A DNA stretch of 64,000 nt from Candidatus Daviesbacteria bacterium (GTDB lineage Bacteria > Patescibacteriota > Microgenomatia > Daviesbacterales > UBA10151): positions 4,466-68,465 of the forward strand of contig JAUSHE010000014.1 of assembly GCA_030648435.1 (NCBI GenBank). Reading direction: 5' to 3'. The notes below the pieces were generated by a model that made no database searches, was not told the origin of the DNA, and saw nothing but the letters and a program-made list of their open reading frames with translations. Made by a program: the position numbers and the translations under genes. This document shows positions 51,925-61,042 of this stretch, in pieces (the first letter of the stretch is position 1; each line of letters starts with the position of its first letter).

Positions 51925-52694
51925 TTCCAGAAATTTCGATCATATTTTGCCCAGGCGTGACAGCCAAAAGGAAGCTGGTTATTGTTTAGTTCAAAACATT
52001 TTCTAGGAAATCTTTCAAAAGAGAACTTTAGTGCCTCCTTGAAGGGGGCTATCTGGAACTTTGGATAATATTTTACTGCTTCATATGACCAAAAACCATC
52101 TTCATTAAACGGATAGTCTTTTGGTGGAGCATTAAGCCATATCTTGTGGGATCTACTGTTTAAGACTGCCATTATAAACCATAATTTACGAATAAATGGA
52201 TTACTAGAACCTTGTGTAGCTAATTTTTCCGCATAGTCGATAACTTTTATAAAGCTAGACACTTTTCTAAGAGAGAAACCTCCGTTACCACCAGAAATAG
52301 GATTTCCTAATTTGTAAGATAGTCCTCCTATTATTGGGTTAAAAAAAGGTGCTCCAATATAATCATATCCTTTATCACACCAAAAATTTAGCTGGTCAGA
52401 AAAAACCAAAGCATCAAGCTGATATATAAATATATACTTGTAGTTTACAAAGGGTCGATAAAAATCCCTAGTAATTAACAGGGCTGAATAAGTTCGTACA
52501 CTGGTAAAATTTTCTGAAGCAAATCTAATTATTTTTTTTGATCTAATCTTTTTAAATATTTTCGTATCCAAACTCTCTGGAATAACTAAATAGAGATCGT
52601 AACTCCTCAAGAATTTATTTAGATGATTCAATGAGACTTGTTCGTCACGGGTTATCATTCTAAAGATTGGAATAACTATGGCAACTTTTTTCAT
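51897..52694 (-). CDS. DUF5672-like protein (putative GT-A glycosyltransferase)
   Basis: IVIPI, Y..LL....FY, YIFIYQLDALVF, YDYIGAP, GNGGFSLRK, NEDGFW, FSFE and PFGCHAW motifs. Confidence 0.72.
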   Translation of the reverse strand: MKKVAIVIPIFRMITRDEQVSLNHLNKFLRSYDLYLVIPESLDTKIFKKIRSKKIIRFASENFTSVRTYSALLITRDFYRPFVNYKYIFIYQLDALVFSDQLNFWCDKGYDYIGAPFFNPIIGGLSYKLGNPISGGNGGFSLRKVSSFIKVIDYAEKLATQGSSNPFIRKLWFIMAVLNSRSHKIWLNAPPKDYPFNEDGFWSYEAVKYYPKFQIAPFKEALKFSFERFPRKCFELNNNQLPFGCHAWAKYDRNFWNQFAIVKHA

Positions 52695-52696
52695 AT

Positions 52697-53716
52697 TTAA
52701 TGTTTTTTAAGCTCCTCGTATATTGATTCAGTTTTATCGACTATAGCTAAAAATTCCTTTTTAGTTTTAACTTCATTCATTCCCCAATAATAATCTACTA
52801 ATCGGCGTTGTTCTGCGCTTATTTTAAGCCCCGGTTTAGAAAATGCGTTTAATATTTTTTTGTAAGGGTCAGAACCCACAAGAATTGAATTTGTTTTAAT
52901 TTCTTTTATGTTACCTGACAAATGGAATTTTTGTGGGATAATGTAATGGGGCTTATTAAGGAATATGTTGTAAGCTACATGAGTGCTGATACCGTTTGAA
53001 ATTGTATAATCTGCAAGTTTTATTATACTTTTCAATCTAGGTATAAATAAAGGATCCAGGATGTGGCCTGCAGTAACACATTCAAAACCGAAATCCTGAT
53101 AAATTTTATAATGACCATTAAGAACATCTATCCAATAAAGACAAATTCTGATTTTATTAAAATCTTTCCCCAGTTTCCCGATTACCCTGCAAAGTTTAGT
53201 TATATTAAAGTTAAAATTAGTATCCATTGTTGAGTGCATAGGAAAAACTAATAAATTTTTTCCTAATCGTTTCTTCTCTTTAGAAAATTCGTTTTCTGAT
53301 AAAAAATCTGGAGCATAATGTATAAATGGACCAATACTGAACACATGAGCTTTTTTGTGTCTTAAAATATCAGCTCTATTTTTACTATAAGTAATAATTG
53401 AAGGAAGATTATCTTCGAGATCGATATCGGCAATTTCATCATCAAGGTAAGTGCCATGTTCTATAGTGAATTTAAATTTATAACCGGAAGACAAACCTAA
53501 AAACTTCTTAAAGATTTTAGCATGTCCATACCAATCATTGGGCTTATGTATTTCGGGTGAAAACGGAGCAAACATATTGATTTTTTGGGATAACGGAATT
53601 ATTTCACTTAGATATAGATGTGAGCGTTTCTTAATTTCGCTATTGTAGAGTATTTTAGAGAGAGGATTCGCATAGAAACTATATAAAGCTTTTTTTGCTG
53701 GTTTTTTAATATCCAT
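52697..53716 (-). CDS. Uncharacterised protein, possible GT-B-like transferase
   Basis: Soluble 339-aa ORF coupled within the operon. WYGH, IEHG, GPFIHYA, FPMHS, LYW.D, TAGH..D..F..RL and SN..STH motifs; no recognised family. Confidence 0.5.
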   Translation of the reverse strand: MDIKKPAKKALYSFYANPLSKILYNSEIKKRSHLYLSEIIPLSQKINMFAPFSPEIHKPNDWYGHAKIFKKFLGLSSGYKFKFTIEHGTYLDDEIADIDLEDNLPSIITYSKNRADILRHKKAHVFSIGPFIHYAPDFLSENEFSKEKKRLGKNLLVFPMHSTMDTNFNFNITKLCRVIGKLGKDFNKIRICLYWIDVLNGHYKIYQDFGFECVTAGHILDPLFIPRLKSIIKLADYTISNGISTHVAYNIFLNKPHYIIPQKFHLSGNIKEIKTNSILVGSDPYKKILNAFSKPGLKISAEQRRLVDYYWGMNEVKTKKEFLAIVDKTESIYEELKKH

Positions 53717-54569
53717 ATGTGTATTTATTTGTTTTTATAAAATCTTCCTTATTTTTATATCTTTTTTTGAGATGTTTTCCCGGTTTACTTGCTATTCCTA
53801 GCCAACCGCTGGGCATATTTGCCTCTGGGTATACTTTTACATTGGTTAAGAAACCAATTAAGCTTACAAATAATTTCATGGAAAAATATCCGATTCCTGC
53901 TAAAAGAAATTTTGGTATTTTTTTTACGATCTTAAAATATCCATTTTTACTATAAAATATTTCCCAAAAAACTTTTTTTGGATTTTTGTTAGTTTGTAAT
54001 AAGTCATAAACAATTGCAACGGGAAGGTAGGGAATAATACCCTGTACACAGGTTGAACCGGCTGTAATATTTATTTTAGTAAAACCAGCATCTTTTAACC
54101 ATCTTTCCAAGCCAAATTTAGTCGGCCGTTGAAAATCATAGGGGACTTCGTGTTCTAGGCAGATAAAGGGTACGGATATATACATCCTTCCGCCAGGTTT
54201 CAATACCCGGAAGGCTTCAGCAAGAAATCTCTCCGGATATTTAATGTGTTCCAGAGTAGAATTACTAATTATTTCATCAATACAGTTATCCCGAAGAGGT
54301 ATTCTTTTATCAAGTGGGCTGATTAGATCATATTCAATTTTCCCCATGCCTTTGAATTCAATGCCAGCACTATGTTCTTGGCTTAGGTAAATACTTTTGT
54401 CAAAAAAAGGTTTAAATCTCAATTGGCCTGCCCCGGCGTCTAAAATTACTCCTCCCTTTACGAAATTAGCTGCTTCCAAGAAAAAGTAAAACCCCTTTCT
54501 TGCTCCAGAGGATCTACCCCAGCCCATTTTCATTTTATTAATCCAGTATTCCCGAAGGGTATTACTCAT
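53706..54569 (-). CDS. Class I SAM-dependent methyltransferase (possible sugar O-methyltransferase)
   Basis: ILDAGAG, TLEHI..P, E..RVLKPGG, VPF...HE.PYDF.R.T motifs. Start moved to ATG 54569. Confidence 0.78.
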   Translation of the reverse strand: MSNTLREYWINKMKMGWGRSSGARKGFYFFLEAANFVKGGVILDAGAGQLRFKPFFDKSIYLSQEHSAGIEFKGMGKIEYDLISPLDKRIPLRDNCIDEIISNSTLEHIKYPERFLAEAFRVLKPGGRMYISVPFICLEHEVPYDFQRPTKFGLERWLKDAGFTKINITAGSTCVQGIIPYLPVAIVYDLLQTNKNPKKVFWEIFYSKNGYFKIVKKIPKFLLAGIGYFSMKLFVSLIGFLTNVKVYPEANMPSGWLGIASKPGKHLKKRYKNKEDFIKTNKYTYGY

Positions 54570-54577
54570 TTTGAATA

Positions 54578-55441
54578 TTAATATTTTAGAAATTCCATAT
54601 ATTTCTTTAAGCTTTTCTCCCATGATGGCAAGACAATGCCTATTTTCCGAGCTCTTGTGTTGCTTAGTACGGAAAATTTGGATCTTTTAAAATCTTCTGC
54701 ACTAATGCGGTTTTTTACCGGGATGATTTTAATCGTGAGATTTGCATATTCTGCAATTTTTTGCGCAAATTCTGCCATAGAACAATATCCTTCGCTAGCT
54801 AAATGATAAATACCCTTATTTTGTGTATCCAGTAATAACTGGAATATAGCTGATGCCAGATCACTCGAATAAGTGGGATTTGCATATAAGTCTGAAGAAA
54901 CCTCAAGAGAACTATGATTTTTATCAGCGCTTATTATGGATAAAACAAAATTGCCTTTTTTTGATTTGCTACCGGTTAAGCCTCCGTATAATCCACAAGT
55001 TCTGATAATTATAGAATCTGGATTATAGTTTAATGTAATTAATTCTCCAGCATTTTTTGATATTCCATAAATTTGAAGAGGATTTGTTTTATCGTCTTCC
55101 CTGTATGGTTTATTTTTTTTACCGTCAAAAACATAATCAGAACTGATTGTAATAAATTTAATAGCATTGCTCTTGCTTATTAGTGCTAAATTTTTTAGTG
55201 CAATAGCATTAACCTGAAATGCTTTATCTGCATTTATCTCGCAATCGGGAACAACATGATAAGCGGCGGTATTAATAATAATATTTGGCTTAATTAATGT
55301 TAGGATTTTATCTACGGCATTTTTGCTGGTGATATCTAGTTCGATTCTAGAGTAGCCTTTTACATAGGTTCCTGTTTTTTTACCCTCTTTTATTAAGCTT
55401 TGGCCGAGTTGACCATCTTTTCCAAGGATTAGAATTCTCAT
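54578..55441 (-). CDS. RmlD-like NDP-4-keto-sugar reductase (second copy)
   Basis: LGKDGQLG, NTAAY..V..CE, ISSDYVFDG, YGISK and NPTY motifs. Confidence 0.85.
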   Translation of the reverse strand: MRILILGKDGQLGQSLIKEGKKTGTYVKGYSRIELDITSKNAVDKILTLIKPNIIINTAAYHVVPDCEINADKAFQVNAIALKNLALISKSNAIKFITISSDYVFDGKKNKPYREDDKTNPLQIYGISKNAGELITLNYNPDSIIIRTCGLYGGLTGSKSKKGNFVLSIISADKNHSSLEVSSDLYANPTYSSDLASAIFQLLLDTQNKGIYHLASEGYCSMAEFAQKIAEYANLTIKIIPVKNRISAEDFKRSKFSVLSNTRARKIGIVLPSWEKSLKKYMEFLKY

Positions 55442-55971
55442 TATAGTTTGTATTCTGGCCAGCTCTGATCCTTATCAGAAAGAATTGGATTTTTAAGCGG
55501 CCATTGAATATTAAATTTAGGGTCATTCCAACGAATCCCACGGGCATGTTCGCCCGAATAATATTCAGACATATAATATAAGACCTCGCAGTCTTCAGTT
55601 AGGGTTTGAAATCCGTGCGCAACACCCCTTGGTATATAAAGCATATGTTTATATTGTCCATTTAACTCAAAAGTTTCATGATTGCCATAGGTTTTGGATC
55701 CAGGTCTTAGATCTATAACTACATCGAAAATACAGCCTTTCAAACATTGAACGATTTTAGTTTCCTCAAATGGAGCTATTTGAAAATGTAATCCTCTCAG
55801 AGTTCCTTTTGGTTTTGTATATGAAATACTTGTCTGAAGAATCTCAAAACTTATATTTAATTTGCCAAATTCTTTAACACAGAAGGTTCGGGTAAAGTAG
55901 CCTCTCCCGTCCTCTAATAACTCAGGTTTTATTAAAAGAAGGTTATCAATGGATGTTTTTTGAAAAATCAT
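55441..55971 (-). CDS. RmlC-like NDP-4-keto-sugar 3,5-epimerase (second copy)
   Basis: DGRGYFTR, GTLRGLHFQ, K.V.C..G.IFDV..DLR, PRGVAHGFQT and RWNDP motifs. Confidence 0.87.
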   Translation of the reverse strand: MIFQKTSIDNLLLIKPELLEDGRGYFTRTFCVKEFGKLNISFEILQTSISYTKPKGTLRGLHFQIAPFEETKIVQCLKGCIFDVVIDLRPGSKTYGNHETFELNGQYKHMLYIPRGVAHGFQTLTEDCEVLYYMSEYYSGEHARGIRWNDPKFNIQWPLKNPILSDKDQSWPEYKL

Positions 55972-55974
55972 AAG

Positions 55975-57189
55975 TTAAATAATTCTAATTTTTGGGATAG
56001 GAATTATAAATTTTCCCCCATTCTTTTGATATTCTTTCAGTTGTTCAATAACTTCTTTGTAAATATTCCAACATAAAATTAATAAATAGTCAGGTTCTTC
56101 CTGATAGATCTTTTCTACGGGAAAAACCTGCATATGGGTACCAGGAGTATACAATCCTTGTTTTTCTTTTGCTCTATCTACAATAAAGTCAACTAATTTG
56201 GAGTCAATACCAAAATAATTCATCAATATATTTCCTTTTGCAGGTGCACTATATACTGCAACGTGCTTATTCTTTGTTTTTATATCATTTAGTAATTTGA
56301 TAAGATCTTTTTTTAATATATTGATGTTCTTATTTAATACATTGTATGTAGATAGTTTATTAAATCCTAGGTCCAACTCTTTTTTTACCAATTTAGTTAC
56401 ATTTTTTGAAATTTTAAATGAATTGGGATGAGATACATAGATTCTTAAGGAGCCCCCCTGCATATCTACCAGATCAACATCATATAACTCTAAATCTACG
56501 CTTTCAAATAAATTTCTTAAAGCTATAAGAGAATAGTAAAAAACATGTTCGTGATATATAGTGTCAAACTTATTTTCTAAAAGCCCCCTAATGTAGGGAA
56601 ATTCAAAAATTGCCGTACCATTTATTTTTAATAAAGTCCTCACTCCTTTTACAAAATCAACTATTTTTGGAACGTGTGCTAGAACATTCGCCCCAAAAAT
56701 TAAGTCAGCTCTTAATCCCTTCTTATTTAATTTTTTTGCTAATGCTAAATTGAAAAACTCAGGTAATGTTTTGATGCTTTTTTTATTGGCGAGGGCAGCT
56801 ATATTTTTAGCAGGATCGATACCGAGTATTCTTATGCCCAGTTGTTGGAAAAAATCAAGTTGAACACCATCATTTGAGGCAATTTCTACAACCAGATTTT
56901 TTTTGTTTAAATTAAATCTCCTAGTAAAATATTCCGCATTACTCCTGGAATGATCAATTATTGTTTGGGAGGTAGAGGAAAAATAGATATAATTTTCAAA
57001 TAAATCCTTTGGTGAAATTGTTTTCATCAATTGAACTAAGTAACATTTATTACAAAATCCTACGGTCAAATCATATTCAGCTTCTTTTTTCTTTAGGCCT
57101 TCTTTTGTTAGAAATAAGTTAACAAGAGGGATATCTCCTAAGCTGAAAAAGGGTTTTATATAATTGCTACAAACTCTACATTTAGTCAT
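55975..57189 (-). CDS. NDP-hexose C-methyltransferase (TcaB9/NovU-like), copy 2
   Basis: CRVC...C.KC.LVQL, EIASNDG, NVLAHVP, FDTIYHEH, QGGSLR, SAPAKGN and KQG.YTPGTH motifs. Confidence 0.88.
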   Translation of the reverse strand: MTKCRVCSNYIKPFFSLGDIPLVNLFLTKEGLKKKEAEYDLTVGFCNKCYLVQLMKTISPKDLFENYIYFSSTSQTIIDHSRSNAEYFTRRFNLNKKNLVVEIASNDGVQLDFFQQLGIRILGIDPAKNIAALANKKSIKTLPEFFNLALAKKLNKKGLRADLIFGANVLAHVPKIVDFVKGVRTLLKINGTAIFEFPYIRGLLENKFDTIYHEHVFYYSLIALRNLFESVDLELYDVDLVDMQGGSLRIYVSHPNSFKISKNVTKLVKKELDLGFNKLSTYNVLNKNINILKKDLIKLLNDIKTKNKHVAVYSAPAKGNILMNYFGIDSKLVDFIVDRAKEKQGLYTPGTHMQVFPVEKIYQEEPDYLLILCWNIYKEVIEQLKEYQKNGGKFIIPIPKIRII

Positions 57190-57190
57190 T

Positions 57191-58225
57191 CTACTCTTTC
57201 CAAAATAAACTTTTATCTATTCGATTCTCACTAAGCAAGTTTTGGATGCTCTGTAACCGAGTGTACTTACCTGTTACAAAGTCCTCCTTAGAATATTTAG
57301 CCTGTTTAAGCTTACTTATTAAATCTTTGATAGATTTTTGGATGGGCCATTTCTGAGTTATATGGGGGAATAATTTTTTAAATTTTGAAAAGTTTACCCT
57401 ATAACTACGGTTATCCTTAGATGCATTTTTGTTAAATTCAACATCGCATTGAGGAAGCTGTTTATGAATACATTCTACAACTTCCTTAACTCTAAGATTA
57501 TTTTCACTGAAACCAATGTTTATAATCTCTCCATTTATTAAAGCAGGATTAGCCCGTATAAATTCTATAAAAATATCCGCCAGATCTCTAACATCAATAA
57601 GGGGTCGCCAAGGACTTCCATCGCTAAATACTTTCAGTTGATTTAGCGCAATTGCGCAAGTAGTGAGATTATTTACTACCAGGTCATTTCTAAATTTTGG
57701 AGAGAATCCGTAGACAGTGGAGTTTCTCATAATGCCTACACAAAAATTCTTGTCAGCAAGCTTTTTGAGAACCCCCTCTGAAAGTATTTTGGAGGTAGCA
57801 TATGCTGTCAGGGGATTAACGGGAGAACTTTCATCAACTGTTCCCTTTTCAGCAGAACCGTATATACTGCACGAAGAAGAGAAAATAAACTTTTTTACTT
57901 TTTGTTTTTTAGCTAGTTTGGCTAACTTTACGGTTGAACAATAATTAATCTGTTTTGTAAGTTTTGGTTTTAGAGCTCCCATTGGGTCATTAGACAAAGC
58001 GGCCAAATGAATTACTGCATCGAAATTTTTTAAGGAAAAATTATCTAATTTGCGAATATCTCTTTTAATTTGCTTAAAGTCTGAATTAATAGGAATAAGC
58101 TCAATGTTTTTAAAATAAAAGTTATCTATTCCGGTAACATTGTAACCTTGTTTTAGAAGTCTGTTTACTAAAACTGCTCCTATATAACCATCGGAACCCG
58201 TGACCAAGATATTTTTAATTACCAT
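57191..58225 (-). CDS. NAD-dependent epimerase/dehydratase (extended SDR)
   Basis: VTGSDGYIG, HLAALSNDP, SSSCSIYG, YATSK, R.DLVVN and DGSPWRP motifs. ATG 58225 or 58234 possible. Confidence 0.8.
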   Translation of the reverse strand: MVIKNILVTGSDGYIGAVLVNRLLKQGYNVTGIDNFYFKNIELIPINSDFKQIKRDIRKLDNFSLKNFDAVIHLAALSNDPMGALKPKLTKQINYCSTVKLAKLAKKQKVKKFIFSSSCSIYGSAEKGTVDESSPVNPLTAYATSKILSEGVLKKLADKNFCVGIMRNSTVYGFSPKFRNDLVVNNLTTCAIALNQLKVFSDGSPWRPLIDVRDLADIFIEFIRANPALINGEIINIGFSENNLRVKEVVECIHKQLPQCDVEFNKNASKDNRSYRVNFSKFKKLFPHITQKWPIQKSIKDLISKLKQAKYSKEDFVTGKYTRLQSIQNLLSENRIDKSLFWKE

Positions 58226-59004
58226 ATTTTCCAATAAGGATTATTATTCCAAAGCTCCTTTAAATTTTCAAGCTCCCTAGATGTATCTACTGCATACCAG
58301 AAACCTTCATGCTTATAGACTGATAATTGTTCGTCATCCGCTATTCTTTGATAAGCTGCATGATCCATCTCTTCCGGTTTTAGGTATTTGAAGATTTCTT
58401 TCGTAAATACCATAAACCCTCCGTTAACCCAGTCTGAAAGAACAGGTTTTTCTTGAAATGATTTAACAAGATCTGGATTATTCTCATTAGTTTTAACCAG
58501 ACCAAATTTTGAGCTAGGATGTACACCAGTAATTGTGCCGATAGTTTTTTGATGCCTATGAAATTCAAGCAGTTTCTTTAGATCAATATTTGACACTCCA
58601 TCTCCATAAGTAACCATGAATTCTTTGTCTGTTTCAGGGATATATTTTTTACATTTTATAATTCTGTCCGAAGTAGGTGATTCTACACCGGTATCAACAA
58701 AAGTTATATTAAAAACATCAACACCGTCTTCTTTGCGGTTTTTTAAATGGAAAGTAGTTTTATAAGTCTTTGTATTAAGGGTGAAATCAGTCGTAAAAGC
58801 CTTTTGGTTTAAGAAAAAATCCTTAATGTAATTTCCCTTGTATCCTAAGGCTAGAATAAATTCATTAAATCCGTAATGTGCATATATTTTCATAATATGC
58901 CAAATAAGAGGTTTTCCGCCCACCTCAACCATTGGTTTTGGTTTAAACTCGGTCTCTTCTTTTAATCTTGTACCAACCCCTCCACAAAGAATTATTACTT
59001 TCAT
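58219..59004 (-). CDS. rfbF: Glucose-1-phosphate cytidylyltransferase
   Basis: ILCGG.GTRL.EETE.KPKPMVE.G, WHIMK.Y, GYKG, VDTG, TYGDGV, F.EKP, VNGGF and H.GFW..DT motifs. Confidence 0.9.
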   Translation of the reverse strand: MKVIILCGGVGTRLKEETEFKPKPMVEVGGKPLIWHIMKIYAHYGFNEFILALGYKGNYIKDFFLNQKAFTTDFTLNTKTYKTTFHLKNRKEDGVDVFNITFVDTGVESPTSDRIIKCKKYIPETDKEFMVTYGDGVSNIDLKKLLEFHRHQKTIGTITGVHPSSKFGLVKTNENNPDLVKSFQEKPVLSDWVNGGFMVFTKEIFKYLKPEEMDHAAYQRIADDEQLSVYKHEGFWYAVDTSRELENLKELWNNNPYWKIW

Positions 59005-59022
59005 AATATCTTAAGTTTCTTA

Positions 59023-60066
59023 TTATACATTATCATATTGATTAGAAATACTATATTTTCGAATATAGTTTTTTACCTCATCAATAACTGGTTTACCTGA
59101 TAATTTTGAGTACGCATGTTTTTTCAAAGTCCGAGGATCAGTTTTATTTATTGTTAAATTATAAACTTTCAATGCAATACCTAAAGTAATATCGTTGATT
59201 ATCTTTTTTACCTTCACTAAATTTATGGTAATAAATGGGAATTTTATTAATAATCCTTTGAGAAATGCTTCTATGGAAAGGCTAACTTTTTTTAATGCCT
59301 CATCTCTTGTGAGACCCTCTTTTTTTATTAATTGATTTACGATGATTTCTACCCAAGCCGCGTATTGTTTTTTGTATCTTTTTTTGACAGAAATCACCTC
59401 AAGTGAATCAGTATACGTTCCGGTTGAGTCAGGAGTATGTTCCCGCATACAATAAATAAATGGAAGAATTTTTGATTTTCCATTAATGCATAAAATTATT
59501 GCTTGCAGGAGTTCGATTAGGTTATCATTTTTTATATCATTTGTATTTATTAAATATTTGGTTAATTCACGAATGTCCCTTGTCCTGGTAACGCTATAGA
59601 ACAATTGCATATAGTTTATTGATAGTTGATGTAAGCGAACCGATGGAATGTTTGAATCTATATCAATATCGATACTATTTAAATATGCAGGAAAGACTTT
59701 TAGTTCACCATTTTTGTAGTCTATAAATCTGAGATAGTGACCATGCACAGACGAGTAGTCGTCATTTTCTTCAAGGAAATCAATACATTTTTTTATTGAT
59801 TTAGGTATTATAAAGTCATCATCTCCACAAAAAATAACATATTTTGTCTTCACCTTATTATAAATTAAAGGAATTTTTTTTGCGTAGGAGTAATTTGGAT
59901 AATGAAAATATTTTACATTTTTGTATCTTCTTAAGTTAGGGAAAGGTTTTGAGGTAGAATCGCCAACAATTATTGATATTCTATAATTTGAATAATAATC
60001 CAACAGTCTTTCTAATTGCCGATGGCGGTTATAACTTGGTATGATAATTGTTACATTTTTGAACAT
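59023..60066 (-). CDS. GT2-like glycosyltransferase (TIGR00180-labelled family)
   Basis: TIIIPSYNR..L.RLL.YY, VGDS, V.TKYV.FCGDDDF, C..FL..N.DY, FYSV.R and IE motifs. Confidence 0.72.
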   Translation of the reverse strand: MFKNVTIIIPSYNRHRQLERLLDYYSNYRISIIVGDSTSKPFPNLRRYKNVKYFHYPNYSYAKKIPLIYNKVKTKYVIFCGDDDFIIPKSIKKCIDFLEENDDYSSVHGHYLRFIDYKNGELKVFPAYLNSIDIDIDSNIPSVRLHQLSINYMQLFYSVTRTRDIRELTKYLINTNDIKNDNLIELLQAIILCINGKSKILPFIYCMREHTPDSTGTYTDSLEVISVKKRYKKQYAAWVEIIVNQLIKKEGLTRDEALKKVSLSIEAFLKGLLIKFPFITINLVKVKKIINDITLGIALKVYNLTINKTDPRTLKKHAYSKLSGKPVIDEVKNYIRKYSISNQYDNV

Positions 60067-60073
60067 AAATAGA

Positions 60074-60082
60074 ATTCTAACA
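60074..60082 (-). promoter_or_regulatory. Extended -10 promoter for the CDP-sugar operon
   Basis: The minus strand reads TGTTAGAAT (60082-60074), 7 nt before ATG 60066. Confidence 0.55.
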
Positions 60083-60111
60083 CTTTTAATGATTAAATAA
60101 TCCTAAGGGTT

Positions 60112-60972
60112 CTAAAGCCTGGCAAGTCTTCCTTCGAAGTGGGGGATATATAATCTGTTACCGGTTCTGGCAATTGCTAATCCTTCCTCCCAGTAAGTGC
60201 GGGCAGTATCTAATTGACTTTCTATCTCTGATAGATCACCCTCGCTTGCTAATACATTACATAAATTTTGCATATCACCTTGTTTGCGGAAAATAGGTAG
60301 AGCTTCGTCCTGAGAAGCCCTTGCCTCCCGAATCATTCCCATTGTTTGTTGTGTAACTCCTTTAACGTGTAAGACCCGGGCCAGTCTGTTTTGATACCGA
60401 CCATTATCAGTATCCGTTGTTACAAGTTTCCTTGCGTTGTCCTCAGCCGTAGTATAGGCATCTAGTGCTTCGGGAGACATGCCCATGTCATTGTATAACA
60501 ACCCAAATTGTGTATACGCTTCAACGTATGCCAGATTACTGTTGATTCCTAAATTACTCATGGCATCGGTCATAACAGATTCTGCAATTGGAATAAAAAA
60601 TAAGGCCGATGTATGTAAATATGCAGTTTTCTCAGTTTCTTTAACATATTGAGGAACGGGAAAAGTTTTATCTCTCCCGGCAGTTCTCCATGCATCGATA
60701 AGTCCGGATATAGCAGTTAACCGTACTTCCCAGTCGTCCGTCTTTGCTGCTGCTAAGGAGAAAGCTTGTATAGCTTCATACTGACGGTTCAACATCCTCA
60801 ATGGCACTCCCATTACATTTAAGACACGGGGATCGAGTCCGAATTCATCAAGCAGGTTTTCGCAAGTACTAACTGCTCTATTCCAATTTTCAGACCCTCC
60901 TGCAACCTGAAGAGCTCTGGCTGCTTCTAAGCGCTGATTAAATATTTCTGGTCTTTTAGGATATTCCACCAT
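60112..60972 (-). CDS. Tetratricopeptide-repeat (TPR)-like protein
   Basis: Helical repeats (LNVMGV...EAIQAF; YTQFGLLY..MG...EAL..Y; LHVKGV....G...EA; LASEG......A..YWEEGL). Start moved to ATG 60972 because a consensus promoter lies within the longer TTG-started ORF. Confidence 0.68.
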   Translation of the reverse strand: MVEYPKRPEIFNQRLEAARALQVAGGSENWNRAVSTCENLLDEFGLDPRVLNVMGVPLRMLNRQYEAIQAFSLAAAKTDDWEVRLTAISGLIDAWRTAGRDKTFPVPQYVKETEKTAYLHTSALFFIPIAESVMTDAMSNLGINSNLAYVEAYTQFGLLYNDMGMSPEALDAYTTAEDNARKLVTTDTDNGRYQNRLARVLHVKGVTQQTMGMIREARASQDEALPIFRKQGDMQNLCNVLASEGDLSEIESQLDTARTYWEEGLAIARTGNRLYIPHFEGRLARL

Positions 60973-60982
60973 AATTAAGGAG

Positions 60983-61011
60983 ATTATAAGACATAACTCA
61001 TAGGTTGTCAA
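60983..61011 (-). promoter_or_regulatory. Perfect-consensus sigma70 promoter for the TPR gene
   Basis: On the minus strand: TTGACA (61011-61006)-N17-TATAAT (60988-60983), 10 nt before ATG 60972. Confidence 0.78.
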
Positions 61012-61033
61012 AAAAATAATTTGAATCTATAAT
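61005..61033 (+). promoter_or_regulatory. sigma70 promoter for the nonulosonic-acid module
   Basis: TTGTCA (61005-61010)-N17-TATAAT (61028-61033), 9 nt before GTG 61043. Confidence 0.72.
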
Positions 61034-61042
61034 AGAATAATT

